In this document: positions 44,952 through 55,477 of the stretch, piece by piece
How the letters are laid out: each line of letters opens with the position of its first letter
Numbering within the stretch: the first letter of the stretch is position 1
Origin: Mantamonas sphyraenae STR306
Taxonomy: Eukaryota > Protista > CRuMs
Assembly (NCBI GenBank): GCA_026936335.1
Contig: JAPMXV010000042.1
Location: forward strand, 1 to 64,000
DNA length: 64,000 bases
Direction: 5' to 3'
Position numbers and translations under genes: made by a program
The notes under the pieces: generated by a model
What the model saw: the letters and a program-made list of their open reading frames with translations, nothing else
Told to the model about the DNA's origin: nothing
Databases searched by the model: none

Positions 44952-46977
44952 CTACATTGTGATGTCGCGCAGAAAAGCCTGCTCAAAGGCCAGCAAGGCC
45001 GCCCGCATGCTGTGCATCTGTCGCAACTGTGTCTGTTCACGCTGAATGCTCTCCTCATTGTGCAGCTCGTCGTGCAGGGATCGTTCGTCGTTGCGCGCTC
45101 GCTGGTCGTCCAGAACTTGCACGCCTGCCTCCACGTGCAGGAGTGCGCACCACTTGGCCGCTGCGGCCCGTTCGTATTCACTCAATGTGTCACTCTTCCT
45201 GGCCTTGTCAAGCCACGAGATGGCTGTTGTGCCGTTGCCCAGCCGCGTGCATGTTTCGTCCAGCACCGCCAGCTGTTGCCGCATCAGCCGCTGACCAATC
45301 GTCGAGGGCAGCGACAACACACGAGGAAGCACTTCGTCGCTCAATACCTCCAGCAATTGCATATCCTTGCCTGTTTCGAACGAACACGCGTGCGAGCGCA
45401 GCTGCAGCGCAGCCACCTTTTCGTGCAGGCACAGCTGCTCGACTTCCTCGTTGCGCAGCAGTTCCATCACCTCTGGCTCTTCGCTGCACTCTGTCAAGTC
45501 CAGCATCAGCGCCGCCTGCAGCTGTTGCGCTTCCCAATGCTCGTTGCAATCGGAAAGCGATGTGTACGCTTCCTGCAATCGGGCCAGTCCCATCTCCTCC
45601 ATGCCCAGCTCTCGCTCTGCCATCGCCAGGTACCGATCACACCATGCCAGCGCAACCTTCATCTCCACCAGCACCACCTGTTCCACCTTGGCCCCTTGGC
45701 TGCCTCCCACATGCACCATCCCTCGCTGCTGCTGTTGGTGCCGCAGCGCGCCCACTTCTTTGTGCAACGCCATCAGCTGGCCGCTCTTCAGATCGTCAAG
45801 TCCCACGTGTGATGCCAATTGCAACGCTCTCAGCCGCAGGACGGCTGGCATGCCGAGTTGAACTTCCGTGCTTTCCTGCTCGTTTGCTTGTCCATCCCGT
45901 TCGCTCGGCAGCAGCACCATCGCACTTTGCGCTTCCACAAGGGCTTGCTCGAAAGCACCAAACGCAAACAACAGCGTGGCAAGGTGCATGTGCACCTCCA
46001 CCATGTTGGACAGCACGTCGTGCCTCTCCGCACTCACCGCGAGCGCAAAGAAATGCTTGCTGTGCAGGAAGCAGCTCAGAGCAAGCACAGGCTCCTGCTG
46101 CGCAACCATGACCTTGCCCAGTTCACACAACAGCATGGGCTCGTACACCTCACGTGTTTCCAGCGACGTTGCGCTGTGCTCCAACAACTCCACCGCCTGT
46201 TGCAGCACCGTGCGAGCCTCTACAAAGTGTTCCAGCTTATACAGCGCGTACGCATACTTCCACATGGCCGACAAGATCTCGGCCATGATATCGTGTCTGT
46301 CAAGCGCCTCGTACTCGTCCAAATTGGCGACCAGCTCCTCCAGCTCTCCCAGCGTGTCCTGGCATACAAGTACGCAAGCCTCAAACTCTGCCATGCTCAC
46401 ATAGTTGCTGGCAACGATGTTTGTCACCGTCACCAGCGGCAATGTCTCCAGCTCCGCCTGGGCGCGCACCTGCTGCAAACACTGTCCTGTTGACATGGCT
46501 CAGCGCCAGCTCCGCGTTTCCTCGTTCGCCCCAGAACTGAGCGCCCAGTAACGACGCGCCAAACCACTGCTCCTCGCCCTCCTTGCTCTGTGCCACCTCC
46601 TTTTCAATCCGCTCGTACTCCTCGCGCTCCTCCTCGTTCAGCAGCACCGCCACGTGTTTCGCCATGCTCACAGCGCTCACAACGACCGGCTCTTCCCATG
46701 CCTCCGCATCCATGCTGATGCCTGTTCCCACGGCCCCGCTTTGATCCATGCCCAAGGAAACTCCCTTTTGTCCACTTTGGTCCACATCGCCAGCCTCTCC
46801 TGCACCCACCGATGAGCCTACGGCCTTGGCCGTCGTCAACGTTCCAGCGTGTCCGCGCTCTTTGCGTCCGCCCCTTCGGCTCCGGTTGCGCAGTGCCACA
46901 ATGCCAGCCACAGCCGCAGCCACCACCACACCCACTCCCAACACCGTCTTTTGCTGCTGTGTCAGCGGTCGTGACAT
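44952..46977 (-). CDS. N-terminally membrane-anchored TPR-like helical-repeat protein
   Basis: TM segment VLGVGVVVAAAVAGIVAL followed by a basic cluster. TPR-like YAYALYKLEHFVEARTVLQQAV and LGKVMVAQQEP..AL. Frameshift at ~46500 joins ORFs 46381-47058 and 44952-46496. Confidence 0.65.
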
Positions 46978-47044
46978 TGCGAATGGTGTTGTTGGTGCCG
47001 TCTTCGCAGCTGCAGCATCGCCAAACAATCCTCTCTGTCCACCT

Positions 47045-49943
47045 ATGTCCCTCCTCACACACCCGACTGCAGAGTGGAACCAGCTCTATGATCGTTACTA
47101 CAGGTGAGTACCTATCCGACGCTGGCAACACACTCCCCTCCCGGCACACGCTCACTCACTCACAACTCCCTCCGTTCGGGCCCTCCACTCTTACAGGAAG
47201 CGTGAAATCTACACCATGGAGTGGGATGTGGATCTCAACAACTACATGTGCTGTGTCGCTCCGTACGGTGGCCCTGTCGGTACGTCACGTGCTTTTGGTG
47301 TCCTGCGGCACTCCTCCACCGCCCAAGATCGCTCCGCTGACACAGTGACCGCCCCTGCGCGCTACTCACCCGACTGCAGCCCTTGTCCGTGACGACCGCA
47401 AGATCTTGCGCCTCAACCAACAAAACATGAAGCCCAAGTTTATGATCTTCACCTCTGCTGGTGCCGAGCTGGCTTCCTTTCCCGTACGACCTTTGCCGCC
47501 GCTTTCCCCTCCCTATGTGCTCCTCTCGCCCGCCTGCTGACACGCTCTGCCCCTGCCCTACCACCCCTGCCGTGTGCACGCTCTTTCCACAGACCGAAAA
47601 GGGCCGCATCGTCCAGCTTGGCTGGACCGACCAGGAGAATCTGGCCTGTGTCATGGAGTACGTGGGGCCATTTTTGTGAGGTCGTGTACAACTTTTCACT
47701 CACACCCTGCGCTCCCCCGTGCCTATCTGGACCCACCTCCAACCACGCGCCTCTCCCACAGTGACGGCACCATCTACATCTACAGCATCTACGGCGAAAT
47801 CCTGTCCACGTTCTCCATGGGCGCCACCTGCAGGGACCAGGGCGTGCGTGACGCTTGCATCTGGGGCTGCGGCCTCGTCTGCCTTTCTGCAGACGGTCTC
47901 CTCTTCCTCGTCGAAAACTTTGACGAGCCGCGCGTCAAACCTATGGCCGACCCCATGCTCGAGAACGAGCCTCCCCTGTGCATGGCCGTCATCGAGCCTC
48001 AGTTCACAGGCAGCAACAACGTCGAAGTTCTCCTCGCCACCCAGGGTGGTTCCGTCATTGTCGTCGACACAGACACCGCTCGCGACATGGAGCTCACGCA
48101 GGGACCCTTCCATCGTCTTTCCGTCTCCCCTACAGGCAAAATGCTCGCCTGCTTCACCGAGAGCGGCAAGATGTGGGTTGTGTCGTCCGACTTTGCCCAG
48201 AACTACAGCGAGTTTGCCACAAAGTCCAAGGTGCCCCCACTGCAGCTCGTCTGGTGTGGGCCCGACTCTGTCCTCTGCTTCTGGGACGGCCTCCTCCTCA
48301 TGGTCGGCCCCTACGGCGACTGGATCAAGTACACCTACGACGTGCCCGCACACTTGACTCCAGAGATTGATGGCGTACGCATCGTCACCAACGACGCCTG
48401 CGAGTTCCTCCAGCGCGTGCCCAACGTCACCGAGAGCATCTTCAAGATCGGTTCCACCACCCCGGCCGCCATGCTTTACGACGCCCTGGAACACTTTGAA
48501 AACAAGAGCCCCAAAGCCGACGAGAACATCCGCCAAATCAAGTCGGAGCTCACGCAGGCTGTCGATGCCTGCATCGAGGCTGCAGGCCACGAGTTTGAGT
48601 ACACCATGCAACGCCAGCTGCTCAAGGCCGCCAGCTTTGGCAAGTCTTTCCTGGACTATTATGAGCCCGATGCGTTTGTAGACATGTGCAAGATGCTGCG
48701 TGTCATCAACGGGGTGCGCTTTTACTCGGTGGGCATTCCCATCACGCTGCAGCAGCTGAAGCTCCTGACACCCGAAGGACTCATCGAGCGCCTGATCAAC
48801 CGCCACCAGCATCTGCTGGCCATGCGTATCTGTGAATATCTCAAGCTCAAGAGCGACCGTGTGCTCGTCCACTGGGCGTGTGCCAAGGTCAAAACCGAGG
48901 AGCCCGACATGGTTACGCACGACGCCATTGTGGAGAAGCTGTCCCGCGTGCCGGGCGTTTCGTACGTGGAAATCGCCTCGACTGCAAATCGTGTGGGCCG
49001 CCCTCAGCTGGCCACCATGCTGTTGGACCACGAGCCACGCGCTGCCGACCAGGTTCCTCTTCTGCTGAGCATGCAGGAGGACGAGCTGGCGCTGGTCAAG
49101 GCCATCGAGAGCGGCGACTCGGATCTGGTCTACCTTGTGTTGCTGCACATCCAGCGCAACTCTCAGCGCACGCAACAAGACTTTTACCGCATGATCCGCA
49201 ACAAGAAGAGCGCCATCGACCTGTTTGTGCAGTACAGCAAGCAGACGGACCGCGAGTTCCTGAAGGACTTGTGCTACGCGCTGGAGCGCTCCCAGGACAC
49301 TGCGTACCTTGTGCTGGAGGAAGCCATGAGCAGCAACTCGATTGACGAGCGCATGGACCTCATTGCGTCGTCGTGCAACATCTATGCAGACAGCCGCGAC
49401 GAGTTTGGTGATCAGCGCGAGCACGCTTTTGTGTTGAAGAACATGGAGGACAACCTGAAGCTGCTGCACGTTCAGGACGAAATGGAACAAGCCACAGGTG
49501 GGCGCTATGCAGGCAAGTCTGTGAACGACACAATCTTTGAGTGCATCTGCAACGGCGACCAGAAGCGAGCCTACAAAATCAAGAGTGACTTCAAGGTGCC
49601 GGACAAACGCTTCTGGTGGATCAAGGTCAAGGCGCTGGGAGAATCACGCCAGTGGGAACAGTTGGAGAAGTTCAGCAAGGAGAAAAAGTCGCCCATCGGG
49701 TATGAGCCGTTTGTGGAGGCGTGCATGGAACAGGGGTCGGACTACGAGGCGGCCAAGTACATTCAGCGCGTGACCGACGCGTACCAAAAGGCAGACTACT
49801 ACCTGCGCATCGGATACGTGCGGGAGGCCGCCGATGTGGCTGTGTCGCAAAAGGATGGCGACCTGCTCAACCTGATTCTCAGCAAGTGCGTGCGTCGCGA
49901 AGATCAGCAGTATGTGGGCAACCTGCTGAGTCAGCTGAGGTGA
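47045..49943 (+). CDS. VPS16: Vacuolar protein sorting 16 (HOPS/CORVET)
   Basis: PTAEW..L.DRYYRK.EIY.M.W, APYGGP, QLLKAASFGK, HWACAK, FKVPDKRFWW, KKSPIGYEPF. Introns 47104-47196, 47280-47379, 47484-47592 and 47658-47761. Confidence 0.96.
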
Positions 49944-49981
49944 AGGGCGAAATGAGCAATGGATGTTTGCCTTTTGTTTTT

Positions 49982-51796
49982 TCAGCAATCCCAATCGTCT
50001 GTGTTCTTGAGCGAGGAGAGAAAGTCGCCCAGCTGATCGTCGTCGTTGTCTTCGCTTCCAATCACTGTGGGCGGGGCTTCATAGCCCATGTGGTCCACAT
50101 TCTGAGTTCCATTGGAGACCGTGTTGCCATCCTGGACGTTTGCGCTGTCTGTGCTCGTCGTAGTGGTCAAGTGATCGCCCGAGGACCAGCCGTTGTTGAT
50201 TGTTCTCCGTTTGCTGGCTCCACGCCCGCCCGTGCCGAAATCATTGGAGAGGAGCGAGAAACTGGAGCCTGAGCGAGAGCGGGAATCGATGTGGGGATTG
50301 TGTGGAGCCGGTGCGGTTGAGGCGGATGTGGATGATGTGGTGGATGGGAGCGACGAGGAGGCAGTGGACGAGGCGGCACGGGCGTCAACTATGGCCTGGA
50401 AGGCATCGGAGAGGAGGTACTCGATGGCAGCCTGGAAGGTGACGAGGTGAAATCCGAACAAGGAAGGCACAAAGGCCTCCTCCTCGGCAAAGGTGGTGAG
50501 GAAGACGAGCTCGCTGTACAGAAAGGCGACCTGAGAGTGGAGGAGGACGTGGAGGACCAGAGGAAGAAGGTCATCGGTGGCCATGGTCTGGCTCGTGCCT
50601 CCAGAGCGTGTGGCGACAGTGTCGGAGATGGCTTGCATGAAGGAGGCGAGGCAAGCGGCCTTTTCGCAGGGGGTGCAGTACAGGTCAAGCTGGTCGAGGA
50701 GGGCCACAGCTTCGTTCTGGTCACCGCGAAAGGGCTTCTCTACACCGAGATCAGCTTGGGTGACGCCCACTCGGCGGGAGGTCTCACACAGCTGGCGTAG
50801 GCGGCGGTCCGAATCGTCGTGGATGGAGCGCAGGCCCGAAAAGATTTTGCTGTGCATGGAGCCGACGACATAGGTGGCAACAACCTGCTTCAGTTGGTCG
50901 GCGAGGGCATCGCTTTCTTCGCAGGGGGCGTAGCGACTGTTGAACTGGAGGAGGGAGATGCAGGCGCGAGAGGCGAGGGTGTGGACCTTGGTGAGCACGG
51001 CGTCGGTGAAGCCTTTGACAATGACAAAGGAGTCGTTGAACTCGGCCACCTGCTGGGCAATGGCGACGAGGACTTTGGCGTTGGCCTTGTCGCGCTGAAG
51101 AAAGTCGGTGCAGGTTTGCAGCGTGCACGGGGACGGAAAGGTGAGCATGTCGTCGTCTTTGCTCTGTGCCCCCGACGAAAACATGGAAGTCAATAATGAG
51201 GAGGAGGAGGAGGAAGAGGAAGAGGAGGATGCCCCAGCAGAAGAGACGGAAGAAGCCGTGGACTTGGACGCGGTGCCGGAGCCAGAGTTGGTGACTGGTG
51301 GAGGAGGAGGAGGAGGAGGAGACTGGGGCTGCGTCGTATCCGAGCGGCCACTTGAGCAGCAGGACCTTGAACGGACGCATGTCTTCGTTGTAGAAACTCT
51401 CCTCGGCAACAACGGGCACAGGAACTTTGGAGCGATGGTTGGCAAAGCCTTCGCCCGTGACAAAGCCCTTGGTGGCCATCATGACCGTTTTGGAGCTGAG
51501 AGTGTGGAACTGGCCGAGAAAGAAGGGCGAGTCCTGTAGGATGTGGTCGTCTGCGGGGAGCATGCAACAGATGGAAACACAGCAGGGTGAGCCATAGAGA
51601 GGTGGAGGAAGTGTGGAGATGAAGGCGTGCGGTGGGGACACTTACGCAGGAGGTCCTGGGTCAGGGAAAGGGCCGCAAGAGAGGAGGCGACGGGTACGCA
51701 GACAGTGAGCAGGTCATTCTGCACACGTGTCCACAGGGACGAATCCTGGCGTAGCAAGCGGAACAGTGGATTGGTCTGCACGTCTTCTTCGTCCAT
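49982..51796 (-). CDS. VPS9-domain Rab GEF, VARP/ANKRD27-like N-terminus, no ankyrin repeats
   Basis: DED...NPLF, VCVP...SL, EESFYNE..PFKVL VARP-type N-terminus. TPCEKAACL, MATDDLLPL, GFHLVTFQAAIEYL. Intron 51551-51645. Frameshift at ~51300. Confidence 0.85.
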
Positions 51797-51973
51797 GTGC
51801 GTGTGGATGTGTGGCGGGCAGGCGCGGTGGCCATGGGCAGAGCCACAGCGGAGTTGTTCCAACAGGGACGTTGTTGATTGTTGATTGTGGATGATGTCAT
51901 GTGTGTGTGTGTGTGTGTATCAAAGCCGTGCTGGGCACACTGGGAACCAAACGAAAGCGAGGGGCGGCTGCGG

Positions 51974-53571
51974 ATGGCATCGAAATCGCTGACCCTGAAC
52001 CAGGTGCCCAGCATGAGCCGGGAGGATGTAATGGACATGTTGGACGAGTTTGCAGCAAACAAACCAGACACGGTGGAGGAGCTGTACCTGAGCAAGTCGG
52101 GCCTGCGGAAGCTGGGCGAGTGCAGTTTGGATCGGTTCGCCTTCCTGGAAGTGCTGTACCTGAACGGCAACAAGCTGTCGCGCATCAGCGGCCTGTCCAA
52201 AAACACCGCACTGAAGAAACTGTTTGTGCAGCAAAACCGGATAAGCAGCCTGGTTGGCTCGTCGCTTGCGGAGCTGCGCTTCTTGGAGGTGCTGGGTTTG
52301 GCAAACAACAACCTGCGCGACCTGGAAAAGACCGTGGAGCAGCTGATGCACCTGCAGTACTTGCAGCGACTGAGTAGGTTCTATGAATGGCGCAGGCGGA
52401 GGGGGTGGGGGAAATGGAGGAACACACAGGAGAGCGGTATGGAGGAGCTGACGCACCGCGCGACGCTTGCTCCGTCGCCCGTGGCACAGACTTATTGGGA
52501 AACCCCGTGGCTGAAGAGGACGACTACAGGCTTTATGTGATCTGGAAGATGCCGTGGCTGCACGTGTTTGACAGGCATGGTAGGTGGTGAGCGTGAGGGG
52601 CGAGGGCAAAGCTCAGGTCGACCGTTGCGAGGATGATCTGTTCTGACGCAGACGCGCGACGACGACTACGCGCAGTGGTAACTGAGGACGAGAGACTGCT
52701 GGCAAAAGAGGTGTTTGAGGGTGTCGTGCCCAGCAGCGACAACTATGCATTTGGAACCCGTGTGCGCGAGGTAGACGACGGCCAGGGCACGCGCTTCCCA
52801 GACGTAGGCAGCAGCGCAGTGAGCCGCATGGAGAGCAGAGCTGGCGCACAGTCGGTCGGTCAGAGCCGCTATCAAGTGACAGCCAGCTCTCTGTCGATGC
52901 TGACCAAACAGGAGCGCAAGAAGTACGAGCAAGAGGAAGCCGCCGCCGAGGCTGCCCAGAAGCGCAGCGAAGAGGCACGCAAGGCACGCATGACCACGAC
53001 AGAGCTGGAGCTGGCTGAAAAAGTAGACAAGATCAAGGCACGCAAGGAACGAAAGGCACAGCGTGAAGCACAAGATGCTGCGGCCGAGGAGCAAAAGAGG
53101 CTGGCTGCAAAGGAACAGCGCAAGCAGATGAAGCCACCCCTTCCTCAGGGGTTGGACTTTTCGCAAAAGAAGGCGGCCAGCACAAAGGGAACACCAGCCA
53201 AGAAACAAACAAAGAGAAAGAAGGACAAGGACAGGAAGGAGGGAGACGAAGCCGCCGACGTCGACGACAACGACGACAATGACGACAATGATGAAGTGCG
53301 CCGCCAGCTGGCTGAGATTGCCAGCGCGTACGACGGTGACGCCTCGGCAACACGCACACAGTATTCGTTTTCGTTCAACCGCTTCGACATTGTCCCTGAT
53401 GCCGAGGAAGAGTCGGACGAGGAGGATGAGGACTTTGTCGCGCTCAAGCAAAGGCAGCTGGAAGACTCGCACTTGCAACTGGACACGGCTCTGGTGGAGG
53501 AACGAGCCAAGGAGAAGCAGCAAGAAGGCAAGCTTGTGTGGAAGACAAAGAAATTGAAAATCGCAGGCTGA
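51974..53571 (+). CDS. SDS22-class LRR plus LRRcap protein (LRRC72-like) with a charged coiled-coil tail
   Basis: LEVLYLNGNKL repeats; NLLGNPVAEEDDYRLYVI..MP.L.VFDRH. Introns 52374-52489 and 52580-52675. Confidence 0.8.
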
Positions 53572-53634
53572 AGAATTCCACCGATTGTGATTGAGTCCAT
53601 CCACTTCCATCGAGTCATTGGTGCTACACTGCAA

Positions 53635-55365
53635 TCAGCGCTCGCCGCGGCGTTGAAAGGTCAGGGAGGGCGGGTTGTGAGTCATCTTGGTGCCCTCCCA
53701 GGCGTCGCGTGTGCCGCTCGTGTTTGTGGTCTTTCCCGTGAGCATGAGACGATGGTTCATGGAGCGCAGATTCCGGACGAGGTTGCGTGTCTGGTGGAGC
53801 CTTTGGGCTCGCACGCCGAGGGTTGCAGCCTTGCCTCCGCGGCGAGTGCGGCGTCCGTTGATCTGTGCGTCCACAAACGCGGTGATGTAGGTGGGATCGA
53901 TGTACTTGCCAGTGAGGTGCTCGACGAGCTGAGATGCATAGTCGCGGCAGTCTGACGAGCCCAGCTCGTAGATGCGGAAGCGTGTGTTGAAACGCTTGAT
54001 GTCGTCCAGCGTGGCCGAGGAGTAGCCCACAAAGGCCCACTCTTGCGGATTGAGCGCGTCAAACTGTACAATGGCCTTCTCGGCGCCGTGGAGCTTTGTA
54101 AAGTCGCCCGCTCCCTCGGGCATAAAGTCAAAGGAGCGCACGCGGGCCCCTTTGAGCGAAGCCGTGCCGGCGAGCATCCCCTGACCCTGTGAGGCCACGT
54201 CTATGCTTCCCGCAGGAGGAACGTGGTCGTCCGCAGGTGTATTGAGCTCAATGACGTTGACGCCGACGTGTTCGATGCCCAGCGAGCGAAGGAAGTTTGC
54301 GCTTCGCAGCGAGCCAATTGGGCGTCGGGCCACAAAGACCATGAGGTTTGGCTTGCCCGGCAATTCAGGGGCGCTAAACGAGTCTGGCAACGGAGAGGAC
54401 CAGATGAGGGGCGCAGCGACGCGACCGAGGTTGCGTAGGGGGCCAGAGAGCCTTCGGTCGAACCACCAGCGGCGGCTTACGTCTTCAGCGAGCTCGTCCT
54501 CTGCGCTGGCGGCCTGAGCAGGGAGTGGAGGCGCGTCAGAGGGACGTTCCTTGGCAGCTTGTTCATGAATCCACTGGCGGGTGATGTCAAACATGAAGCG
54601 AGCGGGAGTGAGGAGGTCTGGTGGCTCAATAGTGCTGCGCACGGGCACCTGGCCACCGTTCTTGTCTTTGTGGTCGTGTTTGTCGTCATCATCGTCATCG
54701 TCGGCCCACCAACTGAGCCAAGAGGCGGCCACGGGACGGTTGTAGGGGTTTTCGGGCGCCTGGAGCCCCTTGGCAGGGTCCCGCTGCAGATTGAGGGTGA
54801 CACAAGGATTCTGCAACAGGCCGCTGTCCATGTGCAGGTGCGTGCGCAGGAGGACGGAGCGGGAACTGGGGGCGGTGTGGCCGCCGGCGTCTGTTTGGAG
54901 GGTGTTTGTGATGGACGGTGCGTGCACACGTTGCACGCAGTTGTAGTGGTGAGCTGGTTCCCGGGTCCAGACGCAGGAGTGCGGCGTGGTGACAAGCTCG
55001 ATGACCTTGTCGTCTTTAAGGGCGGGCACATGACCCAGGGCCTGTTGCAACCAGCGCCACATGCCCGGGTGAGACTGCTTGGCCGGTAGGGCAGCCTGTT
55101 CCTTGGGTGCCGGCTGCGAGGGCGTTTGCACCTGCCTCTGCGTGATAACCACCGGTGGCGAACTGCGCTCGTCAAGGTCCAAGGGCAGGGCCGTATCATC
55201 GCCATGCCAGGGACCAAACACAGACGCGAGCAGCGACGAGATCGAGGAGGTTTCGTCGTCCCTCTGGTGCGGTTGTTTGTCGCCGTTAGTCCCTGGCTCG
55301 TCGGCAAGGAGCACACGCGTGGCCTGCACAGGTGAGGCTAGGGAACGAGATCTTCGCAGAAGCAT
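53635..55365 (-). CDS. Hypothetical protein with a C-terminal permuted papain-fold (PPPDE/LRAT-like) domain
   Basis: EHVGV...FDFMP...YELGSSDCRDYA..LV..LTG with His before Cys. Arg/Ser-rich N-terminus resembling a transit peptide. Confidence 0.55.
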   Translation of the reverse strand: MLLRRSRSLASPVQATRVLLADEPGTNGDKQPHQRDDETSSISSLLASVFGPWHGDDTALPLDLDERSSPPVVITQRQVQTPSQPAPKEQAALPAKQSHPGMWRWLQQALGHVPALKDDKVIELVTTPHSCVWTREPAHHYNCVQRVHAPSITNTLQTDAGGHTAPSSRSVLLRTHLHMDSGLLQNPCVTLNLQRDPAKGLQAPENPYNRPVAASWLSWWADDDDDDDKHDHKDKNGGQVPVRSTIEPPDLLTPARFMFDITRQWIHEQAAKERPSDAPPLPAQAASAEDELAEDVSRRWWFDRRLSGPLRNLGRVAAPLIWSSPLPDSFSAPELPGKPNLMVFVARRPIGSLRSANFLRSLGIEHVGVNVIELNTPADDHVPPAGSIDVASQGQGMLAGTASLKGARVRSFDFMPEGAGDFTKLHGAEKAIVQFDALNPQEWAFVGYSSATLDDIKRFNTRFRIYELGSSDCRDYASQLVEHLTGKYIDPTYITAFVDAQINGRRTRRGGKAATLGVRAQRLHQTRNLVRNLRSMNHRLMLTGKTTNTSGTRDAWEGTKMTHNPPSLTFQRRGER

Positions 55366-55477
55366 CCAATGAAGATGTGCGTCGGTTTGGGAGTGCAAAG
55401 AAAGGGGATTGTTGCAGTGCGACAACTGGCGCCCGGCCGTCAACAACAAACGTTAGGAACGCCAGGAACGGCTCCAC

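Noticed and set aside
4081-51330. About nine frameshifts (~5830, 6472, 7115, 7482, 21437, 34976, 40490, 46500, 51300) read as pseudogenes, programmed frameshifting or phase variation
   Set aside because: Most sit in homopolymers or short repeats, they hit conserved housekeeping genes (TM9SF, PNKP), and no nonsense decay accompanies them. The one at 6472 is a chimera of two repeat variants. They are best explained as long-read consensus errors; short-read polishing would settle it.
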